Of a stretch of DNA of 64,000 nucleotides, positions 45,974 through 64,000 are shown in pieces. The stretch spans positions 5,952,001 through 6,016,000 of the forward strand of contig CM035351.1 of NCBI GenBank assembly GCA_020137815.1, given 5' to 3'. Source of the stretch: Hormiphora californensis (taxonomy: Eukaryota > Animalia > Ctenophora). The number at the start of each line of letters is the position of its first letter. Positions within the stretch are counted from its first letter, which is position 1. The notes under the pieces are model-generated. The model did no database searches, was not told where the DNA came from, and saw only the letters and a program-made list of their open reading frames with translations. The position numbers and the translations under genes were made by a program.

Positions 45974-48900
45974 ATGGCTACCAACTCCCCTAACATCACC
46001 CTCACTGTTGATGGAATCAGGAGGACCTTTTCTCTGGAGGAGTTTGAGAGGCGACTGGATGGTGCGGTTCATGCACAGGGCGGATATGAGTCGGCTGGTT
46101 TGATAGCACAGTCGGCCTCTCTTTTGTTTATTGTACAGGTATTATAAAGGGGAGGATGTTTGTTTTAATATTCTACCACATCTCTAATCGCCGGTTCATA
46201 GTGTGCCATCTCTCCATAAAGCATGCGGTGTTCCTTTAACATTGGGGGGGGGGGTGAATGTGTGACTAACACAAACACAATAACCCCTCCCTCCCACAAT
46301 CCAAGAGTGACTAACCCCCTCCCCCATTGTCCAGGATTGCCTAATAACCAACACCCTCCCTCCCATTGTCCAGGCTGGTTTCATTCTCCTAGAGACTGGA
46401 TCCATCTCAACTAGAAGGGGTGTCCCTGTTCTGGTCAAGAAGATCCTATGCAGCTTCATAGTCTCCACATTCTTCTATCTTCTTTTTGGGTACGTGTTCA
46501 AACCCTGTCTGGCGGCGCCGACCCGATTTGAGCTCGTTGTTTTGAAAATCAAAACGGGATCTGGTGCGCTAAACTGGGAACACTCCGGAGATAAAATATG
46601 TAACCGTCACCCAACATGCCACCTTACAATCTCTCTCTAGATTTGGTATTGCATATGGGGACGGGCCGTTCTTCGCTGGGGGATCTGGATATGCTATTAT
46701 TGGTGCTCCTCTCTGTGACAATGACACCTGTTGTGATGGAGTTGAGGGATGCTCAGCAACAGAGAAAAATCTTCTGATTTTCAGGGTGAGTTCCTCTATA
46801 TCTTCTTATTTTCAGGGTCAGTTTCCCCTATTTATCAGCCTTTCTGTTTAAAAATAATACCTCTCCCTCTCACTTTGTATACACAGCTAGCTCAAGCTGC
46901 TCTAAGTGGTACAATCCTATCCGGGGCACTAGCTGAGCGGATCTCTGTTGAGGTTTACCTCGTCTACTCCTCCATTACTTCCTGCATCTTCCACCCCCTT
47001 GTTGCCAGGTAACCACTTAGTAACCACGTTGTCAGGCAACCACTTAGTAACCACTTAGTAACCACGTTGTCAGGCAACCACTTAGTAACCACTTATTAAC
47101 CACATTGTCAGGCAACCACTTAGTAACCCCTCAGTAACCACTTTGGCTACTGTTCCGACCCCGTACCAGACTCACACAGCTTCCCAACAGCTGTTTTCCA
47201 ACTATTCAGGTGGACGTGGCATGAGAGCGGGTGGGCCAGTGTTCGCCATGACCCGCTCATGTTTGGGACGGGAGTTGTTGACTTTGCTGGTGGGGCCGCT
47301 ATACAAGTGATTGGTGCTGTCCCCGCACTGATCCTGTTACCTATTGTGGGGCCCCGGAGACATCGCTTCCGGGGCAACGGTAAATATAAACAACCTAGTT
47401 ATGCTCATTCATTTAGGGAAGAAAAATCATCTGCTTCCAGATTAGTCGATTAGTTGGTTGTTTGATTTTAAAACTGTACAGTGTACTTTATTTCAGCAAA
47501 AACAGTCCGGCTACCCTGGCAGAATAACTACTTTACACTTATTGGGGCATTCCTCATTTGGACTAGCTGGTACGGTTTACTCAGCGGACAAATGCCAAGG
47601 TATATTATACATCTCTTGTTTTATTGTCTCCCTCCAACACCACAATACCTATTCCCGATCTACTAATTTGGCACCCCACTCTGATCCAAATGGCTACGAG
47701 AGCCTTGATTTTACTCCGATTCAAGTAGTGTAATCCCCTATAGGAACACGGACAGTGAAGGAGTGATGGCGAGGGCGGTGGTTAACACGACGATATCTGC
47801 GGTGGTATCTTGTATTACAGCCCTGATATTGGGTCTCAAATACGAGAGGAGGATGGATGCGAGTAACGCCAGCGCCGGCATCTTATCCGGTAAATATTAT
47901 CAAATTTAATTGGTATTCATGGTATTGTCCGACAGTCAACACTCAGAATCAAATATCATTCCCTCTCTTCCTCATTGAGAAAGGACTAGCTGAAAGATTC
48001 GTCCCGCCGTTTAACATGTTACCTCTCCCCTCTTATATAGGTTTGGTAGGGAGTTGTGCAGGGTGTGCTACAGTTTCAGCAGAATCAGCTGTCCTTATCG
48101 GTATCATATCCGGTATAATCTACTTCTCCATGTCTCACTTCCTCATCACATGTAGGTGATCTTTGTTTTGTTCAAGCCCATTTTCGAGCTAGGCAAGGTG
48201 ATCTATAGGGTTGCCCGACCCCTTATTCAACTTGTTTTGTTTTGGGCGAGGAGAGATAGCTGGGCCGCGCAAGGCAATACTCAACAATGCCATTTCGTGT
48301 CCCCCAAATCTCCACACACAACCCCTTATTACACAGATCATATAGACGACGTAGTGGATGTGATCCCAATTAACCTCTGCTGTGGTATCTGGTCTTTATT
48401 GGCAGCGGGGCTCTTCTCCGAACAACACCTCATATCCCGTGCCTTCTCTATTGATCAAGATACCGCACCCTGCGGTATATTCTTCCACTGCAACGGGCTA
48501 GGTATGTGAGATATACCTGTCTAGTTGGGCCCACCCGATCTGAGCCCGGGTGCACCGCCAAACAGGGGTGTCCCACTGTCTTTGCGTGACTATTTTCTTC
48601 AGCTTGATCTCTGTCATGCTATATTTCGCGTGATAAACTAACAACCCAATCGAAGCAGGTGCCCGCACCTGCATTATAACTGTATCACACAAATATATCT
48701 TTCCAGGACCGAGACTGCTCGCTTCCCAACTAGTATTCACCATCTCCATTATTGCTCTTGTTCTGGCTGGTACAGGGCTGATCACCCTACCTCTATGGTG
48801 GTTTAATGCCCTGAAAGATGATAGTGAGACCCTCTTTGAGGAGGGAGAGGAGGAGGATGATAGTGGGAGAAGTACTGAGGAAGAGGAGGAACAGGATGAG

Positions 48901-49180
48901 AGGGCTGTTGTTAGTCGGGTATCGAGTAAGTTGTCAGGTCCTGTGGTGGAAATGTATACTCTGACCAACTATTATAGTAGAGTCATTGCCTAACCGCCAT
49001 TATAGGTCACAGAGCCCACTACACCCCACTTCCCTGACTAACCACCTACCTAACCAACCTTCAGGTCTAGTTGCCCCTACTCCAACGACACCTTTGAATG
49101 AAGACAACCTTCTTCTTCGTAACCTCCAGAATGTTTATCCAGACATAGATCAGCTTAACGTGGTGTCTTCACGAGCATAA
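45974..49180 (+). CDS. amt: Ammonium transporter (Amt/Mep/Rh superfamily), divergent, ~11 exons
   Basis: FIVQ|AGFILLETGS, FGIAYG, ILSGALAER, HPLVARWTWHESGW, VVDFAGG, IVGPRRHRF, GAFLIWTSWYG, ARAVVNTT, GILSGLVGSCAGC and HIDDVVDV..CGIWSLLAAGLF, followed by an acidic C-terminal tail. Symbol is family-level only. Confidence 0.93.
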
Positions 49181-49194
49181 ACTATTATTTCCAG

Positions 49195-49303
49195 CAGGAA
49201 CCGACCGAAACAAGTAAACAACCAATCAGAACTCGTTATTTAGGTCACGTGACTGGTTATCAGCCAATCAGGGACCAGTTTTTCCTGATTCGGTCGGTTC
49301 CTG
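49195..49303. mobile_element. 109-bp hAT-like MITE, copy 2, immediately 3' of the Amt stop
   Basis: TIR CAGGAACCGACCGAA / TTCGGTCGGTTCCTG and a perfect 8-bp TSD ATTTCCAG (49187-49194, 49304-49311). Confidence 0.92.
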
Positions 49304-50041
49304 ATTTCCAGTAAACATTGTTCAAGAAGTGGTAGCTACCACTTTTACTGTTTACTACCGGTAGTAAACTCAATTCATCAGACTTTCTAGTTTTCTATAT
49401 CTTTTATCTCGATTTATACTTTTGATAAAACTTTTTACATGATTTCTATACCCTTTACTGTCCGTATTCCATGTGTTTAGTATATCAAAGCTATAAATAA
49501 CACTTGATATTGTTCATTAGGAAATGTCTTTAAAAGGATGGAAACACTGAAACAGTTACAGCAGCTAGCCATGACATAAGGTACATGAACAGCTGGACTA
49601 CTATGCTGATGCTACACCTTCACAGAATGGAGGAGCTCCTACTGCAGTACACTGTACTACACTTTACAATGCTACTACTGTCACTCCTGCAGGATCAGTG
49701 TGGTGAGTGTGAAATTACCGTGAAATTATACTCGCACGTGAGTAGCATATCACATATTCTTGATTAAATGCACTCAAAGACAGCAGACACCTGTGGGCAT
49801 TGTCACATTGTATTAATACAAGATGAGCAAGATCAATCTATGGATATATGACAATCTAGCCTATTAGATCTCAAGCTCCTAATTGTGTGTCACATTGCAT
49901 TATGCTTGCCTTTCATGATAGTAATCTCCTTCAGGCGCTTTGAGCCTTGGAGATCATACTGTGTTTTTTTCTGTAGATTTTGTGAAATGTTAAACATTGG
50001 GAGCTATCTTTAACACGCACTACCAGGATAGAAAGTTGATC

Positions 50042-50112
<71 letters not shown>

Positions 50113-50325
50113 GAGAGAAAGAGAGAAAGAGAGAAAGAGAGAAAGAGAGAAAGAGAGAAAGAGAGAAAGAGAGAAAGAGAGAGACCGTATGCCTGTTCTC
50201 TAAGCCAGAGGAAGCATACTCTTTGCGCCATTATTTGCTTGTGATTTTTGCTTGTGCGGCGTGTGAATGTACTACAGAGAGCTCAGGGAGATCGAGAACA
50301 CATACAACACACTCTAAAACACTTG

Positions 50326-50404
<79 letters not shown>

Positions 50405-50459
50405 TCTCTTGATACCAGTCCACCAGCATCGTCTAATATTCCATTGCTCCAGCAGCAGC

Positions 50460-53400
50460 ATGGCTCGGAAGGCCTCCCTTGCACCCTCTATCAGCACCAG
50501 CAGACAGTCTAGTCTCGCATTCAAGGTGGGAGTCCCATGTAGTATTGTTAACTGTATTGTTAACTGTTGTGGCTATCCGCTATTTGATACATTTCCTTTT
50601 GCAGTGGCATGAAATTTTGTCGTTCCAAGTCAAGGATTGTATTATCATAGTCATATCTTGAAGACCTGGCCTTGACCGTTTGAACCCTACCCTCGTTCCA
50701 GGGTTACCAATAACACATCTCCCTCCTCCACGGGGTTACCAATAACACATCTCCCTGTAGGGTTGTGTAACACACCTCCCTCTGCAGGGTTACCAATAAT
50801 AAACCTCGTCCCTCCGCAGGGTTGTGTGGAGCCCCTGAACGATGCAGCTCTACAAGTTTAAACTTAGTAAGAAGGTGGCTGAGCTCACTCTAGTTGTACA
50901 CATGCTCTTTACACGAAACCACGAACGAGAGGTACGTGAACTGCACAAGACACGTGTATCAGTATGCTTGATGTAACTTATGCCCCCCTCCAACTCATAC
51001 TGCATGATTTGCGGTGGTGGTATCTGAGCTACCACTAAATCTAACATCTAAATTCCTATACCAACTAAAATAAACTAATTAGATGATTGGAGTGGGGGTC
51101 ACTGGGTGACCTCCAAACTGGTCTCGCGTGTGTTAGGGTGGGTTCAGGCATTCAGGAAAACGACGTTGATTCAGGTGTTCAAATCAAATGCTAATAAAAC
51201 AAACGTTTCGACACAACGTGTCCTCATCAGTGTTTAGCTAACGTCTGTTAATAGGTTGGACTATTTAAATAACACACATAGTCGGTCAATTAGTGGCTAC
51301 ACCCGGTCTGAAATATGATCGCAGCTGGGTCCGTGGTCTGATAGTTCGCAGTCTGGGTAGATTGGGCCCGAACTAATCAAAACATGAACCCATTCTGCTG
51401 GCAGTCATTCAGGCTCGGGTGTTCCCTCTCAATCGCAATATTCTCTTTCAAAAATGTTTCTAAAGCGTCTCTTCCTCTGCTATGAACTTTAAAATCAAAA
51501 TTATTCAAAAAATTTCCATAGTCTCTCACACTCCTCCTTCCTGTCACTGCCTCGGGGTGTTCCTTGACGAGGTGTTTGCCGAGGGAGCTCCGATCGTTGC
51601 CCAGTCGCTGACTACTCTCATGTTCGTTAACCCTCTCTCTCAGTGGTCTTGCTGTGGCGCCAATGTAGTGTTGTGAGCATCTGCGGCAGGTGGCTTGGTA
51701 AACCACATTCCTCGTGTTGCAGGGGATGTCGGCCTGGTGAAGGTTGCAGTTGCAAGGTGGTTCCGGGGCGAGCTTCCGGCAGAGGGCGGCTTTTACCTCG
51801 CTTTTCACCGTCCTTCCAGATGTGGTGACTACCCGGATGGGTATGCCGGTTCTGGCTACACTGGACTTGAACTTGCGAGTTAGGGCCTCGTTCACGTAGG
51901 GTATCTTGAGAACAAACTTGGGGTCCGGTGCTGGGTTAGGGGAGGGGGGATGGGGTGGGGTAGAGGGAAGGGGGGAGGTGGGGTTGGACGGTGATAGCTG
52001 TGTGGGTGGGGTTGAGTGTGTGGTGGTGTGCTTGTGCTTGCTTACTTCCTCGCTGATGGTGGTGGTGACACGGGTGAGGGGGTAGCCTGACTTCACCAGG
52101 TTTTGACGGAGTGTCTCCAAATGTGGCCATGCCAGGTCGATGCTGGAACAGAGACTAAGCACTCTCCTGGTTTCTGTGGAGATGATGTTGAGCTTGGTTT
52201 TCATCTCACAATGGGAGGAGAACGGGAGGTATGCACCTGAGTGTGTCTCCTTCTGGAACATTTGGTGGGTAATGTTTCCCTCCTTGGTGATGGTGATTGA
52301 GAGGTCAAGAAAGGCGATGGTGCGGTTCCTTGGTTCCTCTATTGTGAAGGATAGTTGTCCTTCTCCCCATACGTTGTTCAGCTTTCGAAGGAACATCTGG
52401 GCGTCTTCGGGTGTTCTCCATAGTGAGTTCGAATCATCAACGTATGTTCCGATGTAGAGGGGTTTACGGTGATCTTCCATATTGAGGACAGCTCGACGAT
52501 AGGTGAAGTCTACAATGATCTCAGCGTAGGCCCCTGATGAGTGGTAGCCTGTTCCTACACCTGTGGTTTGGAGGAAGTACTGTCCGCAGGCTCGAGCATA
52601 TGTGTGGGAGGTGATGAACTTGATGAATGATGTGATGTGAGCAGGGGTGAATCCAAGGAGGTCGATGGTGGTTTTGTATTCCTCGAGGTAGCCTCTGACA
52701 ATTTCCATCGCGGTGTTGTCTGTAGGTATCGAAGGATACATCGACTCGATGTCCATGGACACTATTGTGTGATCTGGGCTAAGGGCTGAAATATGAGTGA
52801 ATATATTGTCTGCTCCCCATGGCCCACTTATGAAGATTGCCACAATAATTTCTCCGCAGGTAGAGTTGGAATCCACGAAGACTGCGTACGAGCAGGAGAT
52901 AGATGATGTCAGTAGTTCCTATGAGGTGGAGCTGACTAGAATCAGAACGGATCTGGAAATGGTGCGGTAAGTGAGAGAGGGGGTCTACCAGGCCAGGTGG
53001 ATACTTTCTTCTTCTTATGGAGGTAAACGAAATTCAAATACCGCAACTGGTGATGATGATCTGAAAATTCTTTCCCTGGTTTCTACAGAAAGTTCTCTGG
53101 TAGTTTCTGTAGAAATTCTGCAGTTTCTATTGTAGTTGGGGGCACTGAAGTGGCCACTACTTCAGGTGATATTGGAGAGTGTGACACACTGATGATATCT
53201 TTTTTCCTCAAAATCCCACTTGAGAGCTATAGCATGCTACACCGTACAGGTGTACACTTCACAATGCTCTAACACTGTAAAACCCTCTCGCACACACATT
53301 GTAACCCCCCCCCCCCCCCCCCAGGTGGAACAATGCCGAGGAGATGGAGAGGTTGAACAGAGAGGGAGATGAGGTAGCGAAGAGGTTATCAATGAAACAC

Positions 53401-55822
53401 GAGGGACGGATAGCAGAGCTACAAGTTGAGAATGATAAACTCAGGGCTGCTCAACGGCTCATCGAGGAACGCTTCAAACGGTAAGTAAAGGATGCTACTT
53501 TGTTGAGTAAGAGGTGGTGGTCCTCTAATCCTTACTCAAAGAGTGTTGTATCCAGCCCCTAAACATCCCTCTTCTAAATGTATTCATCTCCCTCGTTATA
53601 GGCTAAAGGAAGACTACGACAAAGCTACTGAAGAACTGAAAGCTGCCAGGAAAGACAAGTCTGAGAGGGAAAAGATAATAGAACGGGACCAACTGAAGAT
53701 AGAGAAGTTACAACAGCATGCACGTGTAAATAAGGAACTGATGGAGAAGATGAAGGAGCACTTACACAGTACGTGAAGATACACACGTACCCTCAGGATA
53801 AACATGGGGAGGGCAGGGGGGTCTACCAAGGAGAAGGGGGGGAGGTCTACCGAGTACAGCAAGGGAGCGGCCCCGGGGTCCACCAAGTTGAGATAACAGA
53901 CTATTGACTATCAGGGGTACACGTTGTCTAACCCCCTCCCAACAGGTGTCCAGAAGTCTGTGGCCCAAAAGATAGCCGCCCTAGAGTCCAACCAACGGAG
54001 TGCCACGGAACTCATGAGCCAGTTACGGGTTCAAAATGAAGTGTTAGAAGGGGAAATGAGATCTCTGAAGAAGAGGTGCAGCGATCAACATGCACAAATT
54101 AGGAAACTAGAAGCCACTCCATTCGCTCCCTCGTGTGCTACCAACTTTAAACAGAAACCCGTGCAGGTACGTGCTGTGTAGAGGGTTTATCAAAAATTAA
54201 TGAAATAGAAATTGGGATTTTTACACGTTATCCTGGCCACATTTTGGCCTTTGGGCAGTGAGTTCCTCATTTTTTTAATTTTCTCATCCCTATCAAAATA
54301 TCAGGCAAAGAAAATAGAAGTGAAGTTCGTTGTAAAAGGGGTATATATCCACGTTAACTTATTACACGTTACCCATTGCATGTCCTTGTCTTGGGCCATC
54401 AAGGCAGTTAACCCATTGAACGAATCTCTACTTTTTAATCTGTCTTTGGATTGAGTTACTCAACTGTCTTTGGGTTGCTCGATGATTTTATCTCGTATAT
54501 GATCATGTCTATACATTGAAAACTCTGTGATATATTCCCGAGATATGTCTAACCTTTGTTAAATTTCAGAAAGCAGTTGACCCTGCTAGGGAAGAGGAAA
54601 TAGAGCGGCTAAAACGGGAGGTCCAACGATATCGACTAGAGTTGAGCAACAGGGAAGACAACTTTAACAAAATATTTGGGGAGCTCAACCCTATTATGAT
54701 CGAACACACTGATTTGAATGGTGGGACGGTACAACCGGTTAGAGCATCTACAGCTGCAACATTCCAGCATCCTCCACCTAACACTGCAATGACACGTGCT
54801 GACACGATACCTGACGTGAGTACTGCATGTGTACGTGTGTTTGTACATGTGTACGTGTTTGTGTGTTTGTGTGTACGTACTACGTGTGTTTGTGTAACTG
54901 TAAGTGTTTGTAAGATTTGTTTGGCTCATTTTATTTTCATGTGAGGGTTCGGTAGATCAATCTAACATCATGTGCAAAGCTCCTTTCTTTCTCTTTTCTC
55001 CTCTGAATGTTTTTCTATCTTTTCCATCTATGAGGGCTCATGGCCGAGTAATAAATGCATGCTGCAAGCATACTTTAGAGCTGCAGAAAAGCACACTTGC
55101 TTGTGGCGGGCCCTGCACAAGTGTTACACTTTGATGTATTACAAACACTGCCCGCTGCTCTGCTGTCTGGCGGCGCCGGGCCGATCTGAGCACACTATCA
55201 TTTTGAGAACCAAACCCGCTTTGTATGCCAGTCTATTTGGCTCACCAACATCAGTCTCATGATACAGAAACTTGTTGAGTAGCAACAAACAGAAACGTGA
55301 TAATAGTATCCACTTTCATCAACTAATTGCAACTGTCATCTTAAAGTTAAACATGAACAGACATGAGCTACCGGCCAGCGAATAAGTGGGAATGATGAGC
55401 CTCATTTTTAAACAGCACGTGTAGTATGTTCATTTTACATAGCAATGAGCACGTGTAGCATGGTTCGTGTTGCAATATAAAACATGTGAACGTGACGCTG
55501 AAATCTGCTGAGCGATCCCTCGCTAGCTGACAAACAGACTATCTTTTTCCCCAGTTATCTGGATCCCCATGGCCCAATACCGCTCGAGCCAGGAAAATAC
55601 TTGTCCCCTTTTGAGGTACGGCTCCCCTCCCGAGTGGACGTACAGCGTTCTGCACGTGCAAGTGTCCCTACACGTGCAATTAATCTACATAATCCTGACC
55701 GGTATAAGAACGGAGTTGTCAGTACCTCAGCCACCGTAACGTCAACTACTACGACATCACCGAATACTAAAGGACTTTGTAGAACAATCCTTCGGCCTAT
55801 ATTTAGGAGACCTACCAACTAG
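50460..55822 (+). CDS. FAM184-like coiled-coil protein, multi-exon; start codon uncertain (50460 or 50842)
   Basis: Exon 50820-50930 encodes FKLSKKVAELTLVVHMLFTRNHERE, resembling the FAM184 N-terminal KMSKKIAQLTKVIYALNTKNDEHE. Coiled-coil exons follow at ~52860-52966, 53325-53480, 53602-53770, 53946-54166 and 54570-54815, with a last exon at ~55555-55822. Confidence 0.75.
51190..51238 (-). ncRNA. Minimal type I hammerhead ribozyme of the Penelope-like element
   Basis: The minus strand reads AAACA-CUGAUGA-G-GACAC-GUU-GUGUC-GAAA-CG-UU-UGUUU. This gives the core boxes, stem I AAACA/UGUUU, stem II GACAC/GUGUC and a palindromic AACGUU stem III. Confidence 0.85.
51190..52810 (-). mobile_element. 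Penelope-like retroelement (RT + GIY-YIG endonuclease), 5'-truncated, antisense in a FAM184-like intron
   Basis: ORF 51377-~52810 has RT motifs SMDIESMYPSIP, YVDD and FLDLSI, and a GIY-YIG domain NVVYQATCRRCSQHYIGAT..ERVNEH..E..I...P.LN. The 3' UTR carries a hammerhead motif. Confidence 0.95.
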
Positions 55823-56585
55823 AAGCAGAGAGATGGATTATTATGAGATACAGCGATGTGGGATTGGAGTGAGTGTTGTAAAGTAAAGTAAAGCTGTTTA
55901 GTGACATTTACCTCGAATTTCACGCGGTGTGTATTTTAAATGGACTAACAGAGATGTAACAATGTGTGAAGATTTGGTGTAGTTTGGGTAGACGAGATAG
56001 TGAGATCTGCAGCTTATAGAGAGATACAACTATTGAATAATAACAGCTTGAAGTATTGTCATACTACATGACTGTATCTTGATATCTTGGTCTTGAGAGG
56101 GCAGTATTTTGTGAGACAATTGAGCTATAGGGGAGGATGAGCCGAGCAGCACCAACTAGAATCCTAGAATCATATTTGTATTTGGAGACAGTGAAGACAC
56201 GTCAGTTCATTTTGCATTTAAAGCAATCACAGTCAAGTGGTCCAACTGTATTAATCAGTGACAAATACAATATCTCTTTCTCTCACACACTCTAAAGCAC
56301 AAATAACATTCAACAAAGTATAACATATCTTGTGTGTCTAACACAACTTTCATTTTGGGTTCAAATTATGATGATTATACCATCAGCATACCACGTGTCA
56401 TACTGAAATTAGGACACGAGTGGCTTACAAAATGGTACACAATCATTCCAGAGAGCTAATGTGTCAGATGAATTAATATTGTAACAAGTTAGCGTTTTTA
56501 CACAACTTTCAGAGCTTTGTAAAACATCTCGTTTTCAATATCTCTCTCTAGTAAAAGTAACAATCTCTCTCAATTTCTCTCTCTG

Positions 56586-62445
<5,860 letters not shown>

Positions 62446-62968
62446 GGTTTTTTCCTACAAAACACAGACGTGGCGAGTTAGAAGTGATGTATTTAGGAAA
62501 TTTGGATACGAGATTGTACATGATGTGAGCGTTATTGATCTATTGGAGCAGTACAGTAATTTGGGTGAGAATTGGTTAATTTGCCAGGAAAACTGAAAGA
62601 GTGATATCTATAGAGGGCAAGAGATCAGTTGCTTGCGTGCCGGGGTAAATAAAATGCAAAATATTCCCTCGGCATACTATGTACTAATGACTTGTCGACC
62701 ATTATTTACCCCTATCTCTCTCTATAAGCAGCAAGTTATTGAGTTAAAAAGGAGCGATATCATTGGCTAGGCAAACAGAAATCCTATAACTTATAGTATA
62801 AGAAAACTGGCAAAACTAAGTTGCGAAAGGCATCATCACGATGGCAAGATGCAAATTATCTGAATAGTGAATGTCGACTGAACAGAGAGAGGGAGAGGAG
62901 AGAGAACAAAGGAAAGAGAGATTAAAATGCTGATCTTCATATCAAGATCATCATAGCTTCCAGGGCAG

Positions 62969-63040
<72 letters not shown>

Positions 63041-63147
63041 TTCTCTCTCACTCTCTCTCTCTCACTCCCACTCTCTCTCTCTCTCTCTCCTCTCATCACG
63101 TGGCGCACAGGTGTACCATATCAGGGTGGAAGCACGTGTCCAAAACA

Positions 63148-63535
63148 GTACCCCACCGCAACTACACCATATCTCAACAGGAGGGGTACCCTACCACCCC
63201 CTCCGCCCCCACCACCCACCCCCACCCGGCACCCCGGCCCCCTCCACAAATTCCACAACTTAACCATATCTGAACAGCAGAGGGTACCCCACCGCAACTA
63301 CGCCATATCTCAACAGGAGGGGTACCCCACCAGTCACCACCCCCTCCGCATCCCCCCCACCACCCACCCCCACCCGGCACCCCGGCCCCGCCACAAATTC
63401 CACAACTTAACCATATCTGAACAGCAGAGGGTACCAACTACCCACCACCGCCCCCCCAACCATCCACACTGTACCTTGTTGTGCCCCACCCTGCATGTAC
63501 CACTGTACCTTGTTGTGCCCCACCCCATGTACCCT
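63148..63535. repeat. C-rich minisatellite upstream of Dmrt (two ~135-bp units plus two ~30-bp units)
   Basis: GTACCCCACCGCAACTACRCCATATCTCAACAGGAGGGGTACCC..CCACAAATTCCACAACTTAACCATATCTGAACAGCAGAGG occurs twice, then CACTGTACCTTGTTGTGCCCCACCC twice. Confidence 0.85.
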
Positions 63536-64000
63536 GTAACTGTACCATACCATTGACCCGGTTATCATGAGAGGTGGAAGGAGGGGTCAATTTGGTGAGA
63601 GATAGACACACACACATAGATTGAATTCTTCACAACTTGAGGTACCTCCTTCAAGTGTGCAAGTATGTAGTAACTGTCACCAGGTTAGACATAAATACCT
63701 AATTACCATTATACTGAATCTGAATTGTCGGTACTACAGAATATAAGGAGTATTGATCGATGAATATGTTAATGTATGCAGCGTTCATGTGTGGTGTCTG
63801 ATTATGGAAATCAGCACGTCTCACACCACTTGCAATGAATAATGGTTAAGTGCTCAAATAGCTCCTTATATTGGTCAACTTATAATAGTTATTGATTCAC
63901 CAATTCACTCAATCGCAACACACACAAGATACAATGTAAAACAAGTATTGCGGCCGGTAGGGAGACTGGAAGAAAAGATGATGGCTTTTGAAAGTGATGT

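Noticed and set aside
52810-52876. N-terminal ~22 aa of the 499-aa Penelope ORF as a host-element fusion
   Set aside because: This is antisense host intron/exon sequence that happens to be open in frame, and the element is simply 5'-truncated.
62642-62712. GGGGTAAATAA..TTATTTACCCC inverted pair upstream of Dmrt
   Set aside because: There is only an 11-bp TIR, with no TSD and no second copy in the window, which is too weak to call.

Overview
Compact, intron-rich animal genomic DNA with GT-AG introns (many only 45-200 bp) and abundant (CT)n/(GA)n microsatellites. It is probably a ctenophore. That is an inference from a ~108-bp CAGGAACCGACCGAA MITE that I recall as a high-copy Pleurobrachia repeat, and I have not verified it. 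Seven spliced host genes can be read. They are an axonemal dynein heavy chain (-, runs off the left end), a CELF/Bruno 3xRRM gene (+), a PHD-SET KMT2E/SETD5-like gene (-), a GOLM1/CASC4-like type II membrane protein (+), an ammonium-transporter-family gene (+), a FAM184-like coiled-coil gene (+) and a Dmrt DM-domain gene (-). Mobile DNA includes three ~1-1.3-kb foldback palindromes (two with TAGT..ACTA ends and 3-bp TSDs, two sharing an internal module), a 5'-truncated Penelope-like element with a hammerhead ribozyme, an ORF1-only non-LTR-like element, a LINE 3' fragment and several MITEs as short as 23 bp. The most unusual observations are: (i) introns in at least five genes carry tandem 'echo' copies of their own splice junctions, including five complete 3' splice sites in the intron that splits the Dmrt DM domain; (ii) the Amt lacks both twin-His residues and both Phe-gate residues; (iii) the foldback elements are modular. 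All alignments and coordinates were done by eye and may be off by a few bases.
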